A DNA stretch of 63,784 nucleotides from Octopus bimaculoides (taxonomy: Eukaryota). Both the position numbers and the translations under genes were made by a program. Below are positions 63,475-63,784 of this stretch, one piece after another. The notes below the pieces were generated by a model. It was not told the DNA's origin and made no database searches. It saw nothing but the letters and a program-made list of their open reading frames with translations. Numbering within the stretch: the first letter of the stretch is position 1; each line of letters begins with the position of its first letter. The stretch covers positions 40,610,992-40,674,775 of the forward strand of contig NC_068989.1 in the NCBI RefSeq assembly GCF_001194135.2. Direction: 5' to 3'.

Positions 63475-63660
63475 TATACAAAAAATAACAACAGACGAGG
63501 ACAGGTGGTGTAAATAACAAAAGTATATATTAGTATGACGCTCGGGAATACGGAAAGTCTTTGACGTTTCGAGCTACGCTCTTCAACAGAAAGAATACGG
63601 AGACAAGGAGAAAAACACGGAGAAAAAAAATTGAATAGTGTTCAGTCAACGGTCAATCAT
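63475..63660 (-). mobile_element. Penelope-type terminal repeat
   Basis: Homologous to 36555-36705. Contains a hammerhead-like motif. Confidence 0.6.
63558..63594 (-). ncRNA. Minimal type I hammerhead-like motif, core CUGUUGA
   Basis: Minus strand: UCUUU CUGUUGA A GAGC-GUA-GCUC GAAA CG UC AAAGA. 5-bp helix I, 4-bp helix II, palindromic ACGU helix III, GUC triplet. Confidence 0.5.
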
Positions 63661-63784
63661 AATAATGGCCGATCATAACAATGACTGACCGGAAGTTAGA
63701 AATTCTTATTTCAGGAGAGCTAAGAAAGGGGGAGATAACAAACGGTGATCGGGAACGAGGGGCTGTGTGTGGGAGGTAGACTGC

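Overview
AT-rich, gap-containing animal genomic DNA. The tRNA-derived SINE types, (TA/CA)n load and TE spectrum suggest an Octopus draft assembly (inference). The only host coding sequence I can support is the first coding exon of a class A peptide-type GPCR (50809-51227, TM1-TM3, ending in a phase-2 intron inside the E-R-Y motif). The rest is repeats: SINEs, RTE and Penelope-like retroelements, a Gypsy LTR element, and hAT, Tc1/mariner and MITE remnants. The main observation is a family of six short (about 0.8-1.7 kb) elements, labelled A-F here. The full-length members carry one L1/Tx1-ORF1-like RRM + CCHC-knuckle frame and no reverse transcriptase or endonuclease. They have TSDs, end just after AATAAA, share their 3' tail with one SINE subfamily, sit twice at the same nucleotide (CGGTAT) of that SINE's head, and form two head-to-tail pairs separated by a repeated target sequence. 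Several Penelope-type hammerhead-ribozyme-like motifs are also present, two inside a ~450-bp foldback. All coordinates were read by eye; no database searches were run.
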